DNA of 63,877 nucleotides, the filler included, from Phoronis australis (lineage: Eukaryota; Animalia; Phoronida), in the NCBI GenBank assembly GCA_002633005.1. It is 6 parts of 6 records of this genome, joined end to end, with 100 filler letters (N's around TTAATTAATTAA, not from the genome) between each part and the next. Parts side by side here need not be neighbours in the genome. Positions count along the whole stretch, not along the records: positions 50,092 to 52,723 come from NMRA01001922.1; positions 52,824 to 58,538 come from NMRA01002285.1; positions 58,639 to 61,754 come from NMRA01003211.1; positions 61,855 to 63,877 come from NMRA01003888.1; 2 more parts are not named here. One strand, written 5' to 3'. How positions within the stretch are numbered: position 1 is the first letter of the stretch; the number at the start of each line of letters is the position of its first letter. Under the pieces are notes generated by a model. That model ran no database searches and was not told the DNA's origin. It saw only the letters and a list, made by a program, of their open reading frames with translations. Below, in pieces: positions 50,271-63,422 of the stretch. Both the position numbers and the translations under genes were made by a program.

Positions 50271-52351
50271 GAACTCTGTGTCCCCTTGTATGAATAGAAC
50301 ATCCGGGTATACAAAGAGTAAAGTGCTTGTATATTGGTAATCAGATACTTGAAGGTCGTACACGACCACAGCAATACTCTCCTTACTATGTGTGTACCAT
50401 GTCAGGCGGACAGTGGTCCGCATTTATGACTCGGAACACGAATTTTTTGAGTGCGTAATCTGTTTTGTGACCACGCGACCGTGTTCGGTAGTCGGTGAAT
50501 TCAGAGAATCGGGGCGCTGAGCAGTGTTCACATGGAATGAGTGCATCAATCGCTTTTCTGTAGCATGTATCTATCTGTCTATCCTCGTAAGATCACGTTG
50601 ATATAGTTGCGTGATGTCTGCGTGTGCTGTATCTACGTCAAGAGCTTTTTATCCACTATTAATTTTGAGCTCCAACTTATCTTTGACATTTTGTCATCTA
50701 TTTCACTATGAATTCAAAGTATGTGATGTTTTGAGTTTGTGCCCAGTCTGAGACATAAGGGTTTGGCAGATGATAACACAATTTAAGTTCGCAGGTGATG
50801 TCCATTACATGAAAGGTTTTAATTCAGGCTTGAACTCGTAATCTCGGCTCGAAATTCAGCGGTCAGAATGCGCCAACTCAAGATCATGTGCTCATCTAAG
50901 TAAACCGTTATCTGGGCACAAAGTCTTGTGTTCATACTAACAAAATTCGGCATAATATGTCAAAAAAGTTGGCGTTCAAGTTCAGAGACTGGATTTTGAA
51001 CCTAGCGCACTGTCATTGTTTGGTGTAGGTACGTGTACGGCAAGAACGTCACTGGATCTGTTCTAATCCGACTGGGTATTCAAACTGATAAGGAAATAAA
51101 GATGTTTCGCATAATGAAAGGACCTGTAAGTGTTCCTAGTTGAAACTAAGACTATATTTCTAATTTACTACTGGATTTTTTATTTCCTCTCAGTATGATT
51201 GTCACTTATTTACGCTTGCACCTACCGGAATTTTCCGTAGACGAGACTATGGATACGTATTCGGAAAACGAAAATTTTCAAGCTCTTTAGTAACACCAAA
51301 TAAACGCCCGGGCGTTTATTCGAAAAAAGGGGGCATGTAAACGGAAAGTCATAGTTTTGCTGACTGACATTTTTTACTTAAAACTGTTTTTACATTTTAT
51401 GTTGATAAATGCATTGTTCGCCAACATCCTGTTCGTTTTTATTAATGTTAGATGCTCCACAAAACTAAATTTGTGACAAGAAGTTGACGATGAGGGGGCT
51501 TTTAAGAGGAATTTTTCCGAATAAACAACCCCACTATCTGGACACTTGACACCAGAAGTTGTAGCACCAAACTAACGTCTATGGGTGTTTATTCGACCCC
51601 ATGGGCGTTTCAACGGGTGGGCTTATCTACAGATAATCCCTGTAATTAATATTATTGCTTTTGGCTTCAAATGCACATAAATATATGGAAAGAGACAGCT
51701 GCAATAAACGTAAACACAAACATGAAGAATCCAGCCAATGTCTGCCAGGTAGCGGCGAGCCTTGAACATTTGTAATGAAGCCACAAAAACACAACAGATT
51801 TTGTTGGTTTATACCTTTGGCCAAGACTATTAATTTCTAAAAGTTTATCCCATCCAACATTTTTCGGTCGTAATACCGTTAATGTCCCTTTAAGGAAATA
51901 GGATCGTCGTTATTAAGGGCCGAATTTCTTAAAGAATTTCTTAGCATTAGCAGTAGACATATAAAACTTTCTATTGTTAAAATCCTTAACGTTCACAGAA
52001 TCTTATCTTTACATCATAGCAATGCTCAAATGCTCGTTATCACTTGTTTGTGCAATTTCAGTTTCTATTCGTTACAAAAGCGTGTCCCAAAAATTTTAAG
52101 CCTTTTTAGTGCCTAATTCGCTGTAAAAAATCAACACTTTCAAGAAATGCTGATAAGAGTGTTTTTCGCGAACTAAAAGGCCTTTAAGACATCTCCCAGA
52201 ACCGGTTTTATAGTTAATAGACTAAGGAATTGGCAAAAGTCAGGCATAAAGTTCACGTTTGTAGAAATTACGGCCATCGTTGTGAACATCAATTTTTCAT
52301 ACAAAAACGCAGTCATAGACAAAAAGTAGTTACATGGTAAAAAATCTTGGC

Positions 52352-52680
52352 TCGGAATCTAATCTTTGTATTCGAAACGAACTCGAAATTATTTTTTGGC
52401 AATTTCTCTGCTACTTTTGTGCGAACACAAGATACGTGTTTATTAGACTGTGCTCGAATACACTATAGTTTACGCATAGAAGTTTCTTAGTCCAAGTTTA
52501 GACTTGATGACACTTATCGTATTCGTGGAACAAACTCGAGTAAAAACTCGAAATTACGAGTTCAAATTCGAAGTTTTAGCTTTAACGTTGGGTAAATCAA
52601 ATGCAAATTAGGACTAGAAAATCATCCACGTAAGTTATTTTGTACTCGAACTTACTTTAAACACTTGATGGAACTGTGCT
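52352..52680 (+). mobile_element. Degenerate copy of the MITE at 63022-63422
   Basis: TCTAATCTTTGTA(T/C)TCGAAACGAACTC, GGCAATTTCTCTGCT and AACTCGAGTAAAAACTCGAAATT are shared in order. Confidence 0.8.
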
Positions 52681-53599
52681 CAACCGCCATCTTCAGTTGG
52701 TCTCCTACTGTCCTTAATGGTTTNNNNNNNNNNNNNNNNNNNNNNNNNNNNNNNNNNNNNNNNNNNNTTAATTAATTAANNNNNNNNNNNNNNNNNNNNN
52801 NNNNNNNNNNNNNNNNNNNNNNNAGTTATCCATCAAAATATAGCATGAATAAATATGACCACTGTCTAGTTATCCATCAAAATATAGCATGAATAAATAA
52901 TGTGAGTTGCTTGCACTTCTTCCATAAAAACAGTGCACAATTTTACCAAAGCACTTCAAAAGTGAGAGCAGGTTGCAGTATCTGCCTCTAAAATGTTCCT
53001 TTATAAATGCAGCTCTAATGTATGATCACAAAAAGGTAAAAAATCAAAGTACTACAAGTGTCTCATACTATATACCATGCGGGAATAAGAGTAGAGTTGA
53101 AAAAGTCGACACTATTTTAAAAAGTAATACTTTAAGATTTAATGTGCTATTATCACCAGCTCACCAAATGAATTCTGAAAAATTTGCCAGACACCTGGTC
53201 TTCATTGAGCTGTTGAATTTCAAGTAATTTTTGTTCTAACATAACGACATCAATCTTAACCTACTCAGGAAACTCGTCCATTCTTGGGGACATCCCCCAG
53301 ACTTCCAGAGCACCAATGACCCCTATCTTCTCACGTTGTTTACGGCGCCTAAAAGCAAAGAACATAATTATGGTAAAGTCAATCTACCTCAATACATTCG
53401 TGAACTGAATGACAAATTAAAATTCTGTAATGGGACGGCAAGAATTAAAAGACTAAAAAAGGAATTACAAATAAAATAATTTTTTTTAAAAATGCTTGAA
53501 ATGTTGGCCACTTTATATTAATATTCTGAGATGGTTGGCCATCGCTCAAATAGATAAGTCATCAGTCATTTCAGAAATAAAAAAATTCATTTTGTAAGC

Positions 53600-54285
53600 A
53601 CATTTTTCAAACTTACGTGCACCCCGTGATGAGACTTGTCCCAATTTACCAGCAGCAGTGTTACAAATGTCTACAAACTTTTGAATGAAAAAGCTTTTGA
53701 TGACTCTCACAGATTGCATTTCTCACTTAGACGGATACCATTGGTTACTTTTGGTACAGTTCTCATTGCCATTGGCCAATTGAAAATGAGCTCATCTAAT
53801 TGTCTTACAAAGAGTGTTGTTGGCAGCATTACATCTGTTGCGCATACCGTCCAAGACAAAACCCCAAGAATTGGTTTGTTCATTCTACCTAAATTACATA
53901 TTCAAGATGATGGATGACACCGTGGACTCGCATGTTGTGCAGTTTCTGCTTTAATTACGGTCGTGCTGAGAGTTACCATTGGATGAACCAAGTTCAAAAC
54001 GTCAAATTCAGACAGATATTGGGAGGGTATTGACGATAAGAATCCATAGGCTCGTCTGTCAAGACCATGTACGATAAAAATGCGACTCACTTTACGAAGA
54101 CACTTTACTAGGACTGTCTATTTTAAGAGAAGACAGGACATTGGTACTAAATACTTCCATCTATGTCAGACTTTTTGAAGGTTGACACCTCTAGTCGCAA
54201 TTTTTTTATTAAAATGTTTCCGCATACTGTTTCAGACACAACTGAATAGACTTCCATTCCAGTCAATGAATAAACAAATGGATCA
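53600..54285 (+). repeat. Segment duplicated (diverged) inside the adjacent hAT-like element; weak Penelope-RT-like peptide
   Basis: Blocks ATTTCTCACTTAGA, TTGGTTACTTTT, GTTGGCAGCAT, CTACCTAA, GGACTCGC, TCAAATTCAGAC, GGACTGTCTA and TAGACTTCCATT recur in order at ~55800-56030 and ~56720-57110. Peptide PRIGLFILPKLH is only suggestive. Confidence 0.7.
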
Positions 54286-55126
54286 TGTTTTGTCCATTTC
54301 ACTGTACTGTGTTATTTGATGGGTTGTAACCACCACTACATACACAACTACATGGCACCGTGGCAACAGAACTACCAGCATTTAATCAATTTTTTTGAAA
54401 ATCTGGACTGCTAGTTTTGGAATCCTGTATCAATATCCTAGTTTCTGAGCAAATACAGGAAATTATTTTTGCTAGCAGAAGTGAGCTCAAAATTGTCTTA
54501 AAATATTATTTTACGTAAATAGTTAAAACATGCTTAAGCATCTCAACTGCATTTTTTCACCTGAGCATAAGTGTATGTGTGTGCGTGCATGTGTGTGTGT
54601 GTACACAGGTGTGAAATAAAACCTTAATGACTACTTGATTCAGAACCAATAGATTGAAACTATGTTGACAAAATACAAGAAACTTAATTGATAGAATTTT
54701 TCAGGGCCTGTATGAAATTAAAGTCGCAATGTCCAATCTCCTGAATATCAACATCATTTTCAAAAGATACTGGGCAGAATTTTTTACTCATTAGCCAGAA
54801 AATAATCGCAGATGTGAGACTAAAATACTGTATTTCATAAGAAATGTACACCTAGTGCATCTTCAGGCTGGGTAGATCATTCACTCAGTCAAAAGTAGTC
54901 TACTACCGGGCATCTCAGTACAATGCATGTGGTCACAACAGGCTAAATACATCATTCTCACAATCAGGGATATTCCTGGACTGCGTCTTTGCACCATTAG
55001 CGCAACACTTCCAAAAACGCAAAATTCTAGTCAACTTACAGCCAGTTGGGTAAAACATGACTATGTTCTTATTTTGATTGTACTTTGGGCTTCTGTTTCA
55101 TATGTTACCACTTTAATTACACTAAG

Positions 55127-57339
55127 CAGTGTTCTCCACGACCACTTTTAACGTGTCGCAGCATCCTGTTTGGCCGAGCGCGCGTCCTGTTTAAATGTCC
55201 CGCGTCCTGTTTAAAAATCCAGCGTCCTGTTTAAAAATCCCGTGACCAGTTTAAAAATATAGGGACTACTATGTAAAAAAGGCGTCGTCGTCGTTAATAA
55301 GTTCTTCACTGGTTCAAATTACGCTTGGCAGCAACTGGCCATAGCCCATTGAAACTGAATAAATTAAAGGCTAAGCCTAAGGAAGTCGGTGGTCCGTTGT
55401 GGCCAGCCTAATCACTGGACTCACTCAAGCGGTAGACCGGGCCGCAAGTCTATTTATGATGTAACGCGGCGTGTAAATAATCTCTTGATTATCTTTTCAA
55501 TTCATCCCGAACAACTAGTCAGTTTAAACAAAGGCCCAGTGCTACCTATACGCCTAATCTAGGCCTAATCCACTACCTGCTCACTGGAGGTGCAGTCCGG
55601 CACGAAAGTCGCTGATCGTAGGCCTTTTCGCTTTTGCAGTCAGCTTTTTGTGTTCGGCGGAGAACTACGGTAATCATATTACCCATTGTAAATAAAATAA
55701 TTAAGGTCGGTGGTTAGTTCTGCGAAGTATATGTTGTCAGCAAAGACACCGTTGCGCAGCAGTTTATGCAATGGCCGTCTTCTGGGAGGTTTTCGTAGCA
55801 CATTTTTCAATATTCCGTGCACGACAGACTTTACCGATACCAGTCTCAAAAACATTTGCATAAAACTGCCTTTGATGGTTCTCATTGGTTGTTGTTTGTG
55901 TATTTCTCACTTAGATGAATATTATTGGTTACTTTTTGTGCCACCGGCCCATTGAGATTGACCGAGTTCATCTCGTTGCCTTATAAGGAGTTTCGTTGGC
56001 AGCATGAACATTATGTTTGTGGTGCATACTCCTTCTAAAAATCTGCCGAGCCGTTCGCAAACTCAACTTCGATAGTGGCTATGACGTTTGCGGTTTTGGG
56101 GGAGTATTCCGAGATTTGGGACAGCGGGTGACGTCACTGAGTAAAGTATATGTGTTTCGCGCTGAGAAATTGCAGCCAAAATCACGTGCTCTCATTGAAA
56201 TCAAGCGGTAATATCTCGCGTAATCTCGCAGAGTTTTGTTTACCTAGCTTGGTCCTTACGTTAGTGAATTCTATCCTGGCTTCCGTTATAAATTGACATG
56301 CGCATGCTACATACTTAGAAATGTCGTCTGCTGCGCGAAAGCGAAGCACCGCTAAACCTAAGGATTATTTTAAAAACCGAGAGATGTTTCAGATACTGAC
56401 GTTGACTCAGATGCAGATACGACAGACAATCTAGGGCCGGATGGTGGTGATATTGCCGGGCTCGGTCAACGAATCGAAGATATCTGTGTCACAAACGGTG
56501 AACCGAATTTTTGCCGACAACGTCAGACATCGGCAATACAATTCGCTCTAACATGAGAATAGATGGTTTTCATCTGGAAGAATGAGTTTGTGACAATCCA
56601 GAAAATTATGGGAATTCCATAGTTGCAAGCGCTTGATATTTCAGTTGATATCTTTTTAGAAATATTGGTTTACATCAGCAGGCCTGACACTCCCGTCCAA
56701 GTAGGCCTAGATGGAAAACGCAAGTGAATTGTTTTGTTCACCCTACCTAATTTGCATTCAAGAGGGACTCGCGTATTGTGCAGTTTTTACAAGAGTTCTG
56801 GTTGTGCAGAAGTGCTGATTAGTACCAGCTTCAGAACATCAAATTCAGACTGTAAGAATGTGCAAGATATTACACGTACAGACTGAGAGAAAACGTAAAC
56901 TCTGCTATCAAGACATAAAAATGTGACTGACTTAACAAAGACACTTCACTTGGACTGTCTACGTCATAGGAAAAGTTTACTTCTGTGTTAGACTTTTTGT
57001 ACTTAGTTGACATTGACATCATTATTGAGTAGCCTAAAACATTTCCCCATACTGTATCAAACACTCTGTAGACTTCCATTTCAAAGTCATTGACTAAGCA
57101 AATGGGTTATGACGTATGTGATATGTTTGTAAATAAGTCCAACTTTTAAAAATAAAAAGTTGAATACACACAGTTATTTGTTTGCACTACTGTGCATTAC
57201 TATTAAAATGAGTGGGTAAAACTAAGGTGCACAAAAAACTGCACACTAGCTTATGGAGAACGTTGACCGCCGCACGGTTCCGGCAAGTTCAGTTTTTACG
57301 CGTGCGACCTGTTTAGATTTTCAGATGTGGAGAACACTG
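55127..57339. mobile_element. 2.2-kb non-autonomous hAT-like element with 5-bp TSD (hAT5-like)
   Basis: Perfect 13-bp TIR CAGTGTTCTCCAC / GTGGAGAACACTG; CTAAG at 55122-55126 and 57340-57344; subterminal repeats GCGTCCTGTTTAAA (4-5 degenerate copies at 55160-55260) and one related copy at ~57304. Confidence 0.85.
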
Positions 57340-59070
57340 CTAAGTCTGCTGGACACAACTTTTTGAAACAAGAGCAACGTGGAGCATTGAACTGTGCCCA
57401 CGAATGCACCGCAAACGGTGTGCTTCTAGGGGTGTTTTTTATCATAAAAATGGCCACTAGATGGCGCAAAATACATTGAATCCACCTGAAAATAGAAACA
57501 TGTCATTGTTTCTTTCATAGAAAGCTAGTTATCAAATTTCATAAAATTCCATCAAGGAACTTCAGACAAACAGAGGAAATGGAAAAAATGAAATTGCAAT
57601 AGAGGGAAAAGCATTCGTCGGATTCGTGTGAAAGTCGTCCTCGTCCATTGTCAACTTCAGATAAATACACTGGTCTTTATAAATTTCATAAAGATCCTGC
57701 AGTGGGCTTAGGAGAAAGAGTTATGAGCGCAAAAAAAAACAAAACTGCCATTAGGATGCGCCACAGTAATCAAAGTCGTCGGAACATCATCGTTAACTGT
57801 CCTCTTCCTACTAACAACATATGTGCCAATTTTCACAATCATCCTTAGAGTGATTTGGTTGATAGAGGGACAGATGCCCAAAAACAGACTCAAAAACAAT
57901 AAAAATGGCCACTAGGTACAGAGCTTTATCCACGATTTCGAAAATAGGGTGTTCAAAATGGGTTTCCAATATTCCAGGGCGTCCATGATTCCAACGGCGC
58001 GTTACCCCCACATTTCCCCCAGTAATCCCCCCCCACACACAGTGAAGTTTTTACAAAAAATGTGTAAACCAAGACATCTAAGTTTACAAAAACAGCTTCC
58101 CTGTACTGAGCTTTTTACTAAAAACAGTGTGAGGACAAAAACTTCTACATCTAAATTTATGAAAACAGCCAAGTAGCTAACTAAACAAATATTACAAATA
58201 TTGCGTACATTATGGTTTTTAGTGATCTCAAATCAAATTTCTGTTATAAAGCTTATCATATCATTTTAGCAAGCTTTTATATTCTACACAATAAGTCATC
58301 AGAGCTGCTGAAGTTACCAACACAAGAAAAGTGCACATGTGATGTTTAGTTTATATTTTGGCAACAGGCGTCCCTGCTTCTACATATTAAAACATTAAAA
58401 TGCACATTGAAAAGCATGAAACGGGCACAAACTCAAAAATTCTAAATAGGCATATTCTTGTGGCACAATATAGTATTAAAATAATGACATTTATTTCGCT
58501 TTTAGTGTTTTTAAAACAAATGTAAAACATGAAACTAANNNNNNNNNNNNNNNNNNNNNNNNNNNNNNNNNNNNNNNNNNNNTTAATTAATTAANNNNNN
58601 NNNNNNNNNNNNNNNNNNNNNNNNNNNNNNNNNNNNNNACGTAGATCTAAACCCACCAGCAGTGAATATTTCAAAGTCAATAATTCCCAATATTGACAAC
58701 TCATATCTTCATATTGTAATGCCGCTCTAATTCCTCCTGTAAAAACTTCATTGAGATGTTATTGTGATTTGATGAAGGGATCTTCTTGTTCTCAAGTCAC
58801 TACTTTACCACAGCGCCCCCTGCCCGTTACCGAACTCGAATGTCTTCTATGAAAGCATTTTTTGTTTTTAAACAACCATCAGATATAAACCACGCGGTGA
58901 AGACTATCCGCCATCAAGTTTCCTACATCAGGTTATTGAACAAAAATTCCGCTATCAAATACATAACCGGGTAATTTAATTTAAATGTTCATTCACTTTC
59001 ACTACACATCATTTGTGGGACCATAGATGTGCACAGTCTTTATATGCTGTCACACAGTTTGCAATCACAT

Positions 59071-59280
59071 TGAAATAACCAAATTGAAATGACCAAATTG
59101 AAATAACCAAATTGAAATAGCCAAATTGAAATAGCCAAATTGAAATAACCAAATTGAAATAACCAAATTGAAATAGCCAAATTGAAATAGCCAAATTGAA
59201 ATAACCAAATTGAAATAACCAAATTGAAATAGCCAAACTGAAATAACCAAATTGAAATAACCAAATTGAAATAACCAAAT
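59071..59280. repeat. Minisatellite, 15 x 14 bp (TGAAATARCCAAAT)
   Basis: Read directly; explains the repetitive ORFs with a 14-aa period. Confidence 0.97.
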
Positions 59281-60697
59281 GATGTTGATTACAAGGCATT
59301 TTAAAAACGACGCATGTGTGTGTGGAAACCTGATATTTCACAATCTGTTCCCTTTGTCTATTCCTAGCATCTCCAGAAAATTTCCATAACCTTTTGGGTA
59401 AAGCACAGAAATGTGACTGACTACACGAGTGACTGATTTAAAGCCCAAAAAACTTAACATTAACCTCTCTTCATGAATTACAACCTAGCGGATGTCATCA
59501 TAGGCTCAATCATTATCAAATTTTGTGGTCTGAAGATCAACATGTTGACCTCAGTGAAAGCACTAAATTGAATACAATCCCACTTTCCTGAACCTCGGCT
59601 TGCAAATTAGGTTACCACAATGGCCTGTTACTAGGGGACAGGGCGCAGTGCATGACCCACTGATTCGGTACAGTGTTCACGTAAGCGGCTTTTTAAGATG
59701 AATTTTTAGAGGTTTAACCTTTCACTACGTTATTAGGCAACTTTTGCAAAGCAAGCTAATTTCTGGCGATAACTTCGTAGGTCAGCAAACAACTGCAGTA
59801 CAAGACAAAAGGGTAATGGTCGGATATAACGTGTAAAAATTTTGAGAATATTTTGTCCACTGAATAACGGGCATCAAAATGGTTCTCAAAATATGGGCAC
59901 GTTATATCAGACAAACGTAATCACACTAAATATCGTTTTCCCATCTAAACCATCATGACGATCAATTCCATTATCAGCAAAAATGACTGGTAATAACTAT
60001 TGGTTAGGCAAAATTCTAATTACAAAATGGCTTCACCACCGTAGGAAATTTCCCCAGGCTGTTAATTTCCAATCATTCTCGGTCATGAGGGAAGACTGCT
60101 CTGCTGATAGATTTAGCTTCCGCCCAACCATCATGACAGGGAATTCTGGGTAATTTTCACTGAATATTTTTGGTTTGTGCTCTACAAAAACCACATCGCA
60201 TAAGGCCACTGTCTACCTTCGTTACTGAGGGCCACGTTTCTTTTAACAGATTTTGAAATGTTGATTGTCCAAATGTAAAACCACGCATTTTTAAAATCCT
60301 TGGTGATAAAGGAAGTCGATAATATAGTTACGTGATGTTTTTTCGTAAAAAATCAAAATTTTCTGTGGAGAACACAATAACTTCCACAGGTCTCATTTTT
60401 TCCTCAGAGGGTAGCAAATTCTGTTTATTTGGTCTACTACCTACAAAACAGTGTCTGGGATAAACGAGACCGCCACGTAATACTAGGTGAGGCCTACACC
60501 TCTGTCACTTTATGCAATTTGTTCAAAACCATTCAAAGTTTGTCGGAAATGAACAACCATTAAATTGTCAATACAGTGAATAATAAACACTTTTGACGTA
60601 ATTATGAAATTCGCTTGCAGAGAGAAGTCAAACAATAGTCGGAATTTAACAAAATCCTTCTCAATCATTGCAAAAATAATGTGCAATTGAGATTGGA

Positions 60698-60889
60698 CCA
60701 AGGTGGCGCCATCTGTTGGGATTAACAAAATTGATACCCTTGATTTTTAAGAATCAAAGTTTAATTTTTTGATTTTTGATGGTGGGCACTGTCATCACAT
60801 TTGAATGGGACTGAGCTGCCTCTCTTTAATGAATAATTCACAGCAAAAAGTCCAAACCAGAAAGAGGACTGCAGATGGCGCCACCTTGG
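60698..60889. mobile_element. 192-bp MITE with perfect 18-bp TIR and 2-bp flanking duplication (GA)
   Basis: GA|CCAAGGTGGCGCCATCTG ... CAGATGGCGCCACCTTGG|GA. Confidence 0.75.
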
Positions 60890-61545
60890 GATAGAGCTTT
60901 AATTATGCGATGCGACGCACTGCATGGACTCTTTAACTTAAAAAAAAAAATTCAGATGATCCATCTTGATTCTAATACACTATGAATGCTCCTCACTCTC
61001 AATGAACAGATTGCCCATTAGTTTGTGAAATAAGTATACAGACTTTATAAATGGCTTACCAGAGCACCAAGGTTATGACCAGTAAAAACATGTAGTCAAT
61101 ACGTCCATTGGGACGCAAGGCATCAGAGAACAAGAGCAACACAGAGTGTCGATATGAACTACAGTGCACTACAAATGGACTGTTTCTAGGCGTTCTAAAC
61201 AGTTTCATGTAAACGAGTTCCGCCTAAGAAACTTGACTTTTCATTTACAATTAGCTTAGGCAACAGAACTGGTTCCAAATTATTCGCCACTAAGATGAGT
61301 ACCATTGTGATCTGGTGCCAGGTAATAGAATTGATAGTTTGGTACTGCTTGAGACCATGTGTGGCGAATTAAATGACACGTAGTGACAAGTCAACTTGTA
61401 GAGCCTGGCCTACAACGTTAACGAAATATTTTAATTTGCCAACAATTTGAGATCAATTTCAAAATGGTAAGTGGTCAGTAAATGAAAAATTGACTTTTGT
61501 GACAGAAGCCAGTTTTTTGCCACTGAAAGCAAGGTTAACCACACT

Positions 61546-61736
61546 CTAACAAAGAAATGTGATTGGCTGGAGATGACGCTAACAAAGAAATGTGACTGGC
61601 TGAATATGGGGCTAACAAAGAAATGTGACTGGCTGAAGATGGGGCTAACAAAGAAATGCGATTGGCTGAAGGAGACACAAACAAAGAAATGTGATTGGCT
61701 GAAGATGACGCAAACAAAGAAATGTGATTGGCTGAA
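61546..61736. repeat. Minisatellite, ~5.8 x 33 bp
   Basis: Unit approximately CTAACAAAGAAATGTGATTGGCTGAAGATGACG; ends just before a scaffold spacer. Confidence 0.95.
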
Positions 61737-62261
61737 AATTTACCAGGGTCCTGANNNNNNNNNNNNNNNNNNNNNNNNNNNNNNNNNNNNNNNNNNNNTT
61801 AATTAATTAANNNNNNNNNNNNNNNNNNNNNNNNNNNNNNNNNNNNNNNNNNNNTCAAGTGGACACTTACAGATGTCTAGATTTAGGCTTGGTTTAGTTG
61901 AGAACTTCAGCCTCACCTAATATTACCACGATGTGGCACTCCTCAGGCAGGGTAAGTGATGTGATAGGATGTGAGTTATACCTGATAGGTGCGTTTCAAA
62001 AGTGAATAACATTCATGCAGGGAAATCTTCTGCTTAGCACTATAACTGATGCATACATGAATGCCAGCAAACCATAACAAAACACTGGGGATGAATGATG
62101 TCGCCCTAAATGAAACAGTCAAGATAGTACAGGGGATTTAGAGTTTGATTTTACCCTCAGCTTTGATTACACAAACTAGCAATTCTTGACAACATTAATC
62201 GAAGGTTAACCACACCAGTATTCAGCTGAATCATTAGTTTTGATTTTGCTGAAAATACCTA

Positions 62262-62345
62262 CCGTATTCGCCGTAATAACCGCCCATGCCCCTATAAGCG
62301 CCCCCCTTGCGTTTTCAGACTTTGCTGAAATAAGCGCCCAGTCCA
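62262..62345 (+). mobile_element. Terminus of a pogo/Tigger-like element
   Basis: TA|CCGTATTCGCCGTAATAACCGCCC with repeated ATAAGCGCCC; partner end not found. Confidence 0.5.
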
Positions 62346-63021
62346 TGAACGTGTACGTGCGAACAATGACGTACCTACAGTCCTAAAACTCGGCTACAGT
62401 AACGTCTTCAATTTATCAAAAAAAAATCTTGCACGGGTCTTCTAGACCACCAGCGGCACTGCTACGTTTGAATTTAGCCGTGACTAAGTATACACTAAAA
62501 AGTAACGCAGCGCTTCAAAAATAACGCAACAGCGTTGCTACTCTCGCGACGACCGTGTCCTACTGTCGTCTGACCTTTCAGTACAGACACATCAACTCAC
62601 TGTCTTACNACGAATAAAAATAACTTGGTGTTAAACGCACGTGGCCGGGAAGCGCGCGCTACATATATGAACCTGTCATCAAAGACATTACTTGGGGAAC
62701 TATCCATTCATGAAACGAGTAGCATAGCATCGGTAAGAAATGAATACTGGCACTAATTTCCGACAGTGTCTATTACCATAAAACATTTTTGCGTTATTTT
62801 TGAGATAGATTGTTTGATTAACCATAATTGGTGTTTTTAAGCCGAATATCCGATAAAATGACAACTGACAATGAATGCTTACACACCCTTACACCGAAAA
62901 ATAAGTGTCAGATAGTTACGTACGCATCCAGCTACACGGCGACTAATATGGGCCTTACCGAGACAAGTGTCGAACGTTTTTGGCACATGAGACCGGCAAG
63001 TGCTGAATGAAACACGTTCTG

Positions 63022-63422
63022 GGCCCGGTCTCTAATCTTTGTACTCGAAACGAACTCAAAACTATTTTTGGCAATTTCTCTGCTCCTTTTGTGCGAACTT
63101 AAGATAATTGGTTATCAGACTGTGCTTGAATACATTATAGTTTATGCATAGGAGTTTCTAGTTCAAGTTTGCCCTTGAAGACCCTTATATTCGTGCTATT
63201 AACTCGAGTAAAAACTCGAAATTTCGAGTTCAAACTCGAACTTATTGCTTTAATATTGGGTTTACAAACTGTGAACTAAGGGCAATAAATTATCTACGTA
63301 AGTTATTGTGTACTCGAGCCTAGAATAATAGATACTTATCTTGAGTTCACCCAAAAGTAGAGTAGAAAATGCCAAACCTAATTTCGAGTTCCATTTCGAG
63401 TAAAAAGATTGGAGACCGGGCC
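63022..63422. mobile_element. 401-bp MITE, PIF/Harbinger-like
   Basis: ~36-bp TIR GGCCCGGTCTC(T/C)AATCTTT(G/T)TACTCGAAA; flanks CTG and CAG (CWG target); second copy at 52352. Confidence 0.8.

Noticed and set aside
52824-52899. Short direct repeat next to a spacer
   Set aside because: At a contig end; may be an assembly artefact.
59009-61806. Repetitive ORFs and CRISPR-like periodicity in the two minisatellites
   Set aside because: Contiguous units without unique spacers, no cas genes, eukaryotic context.
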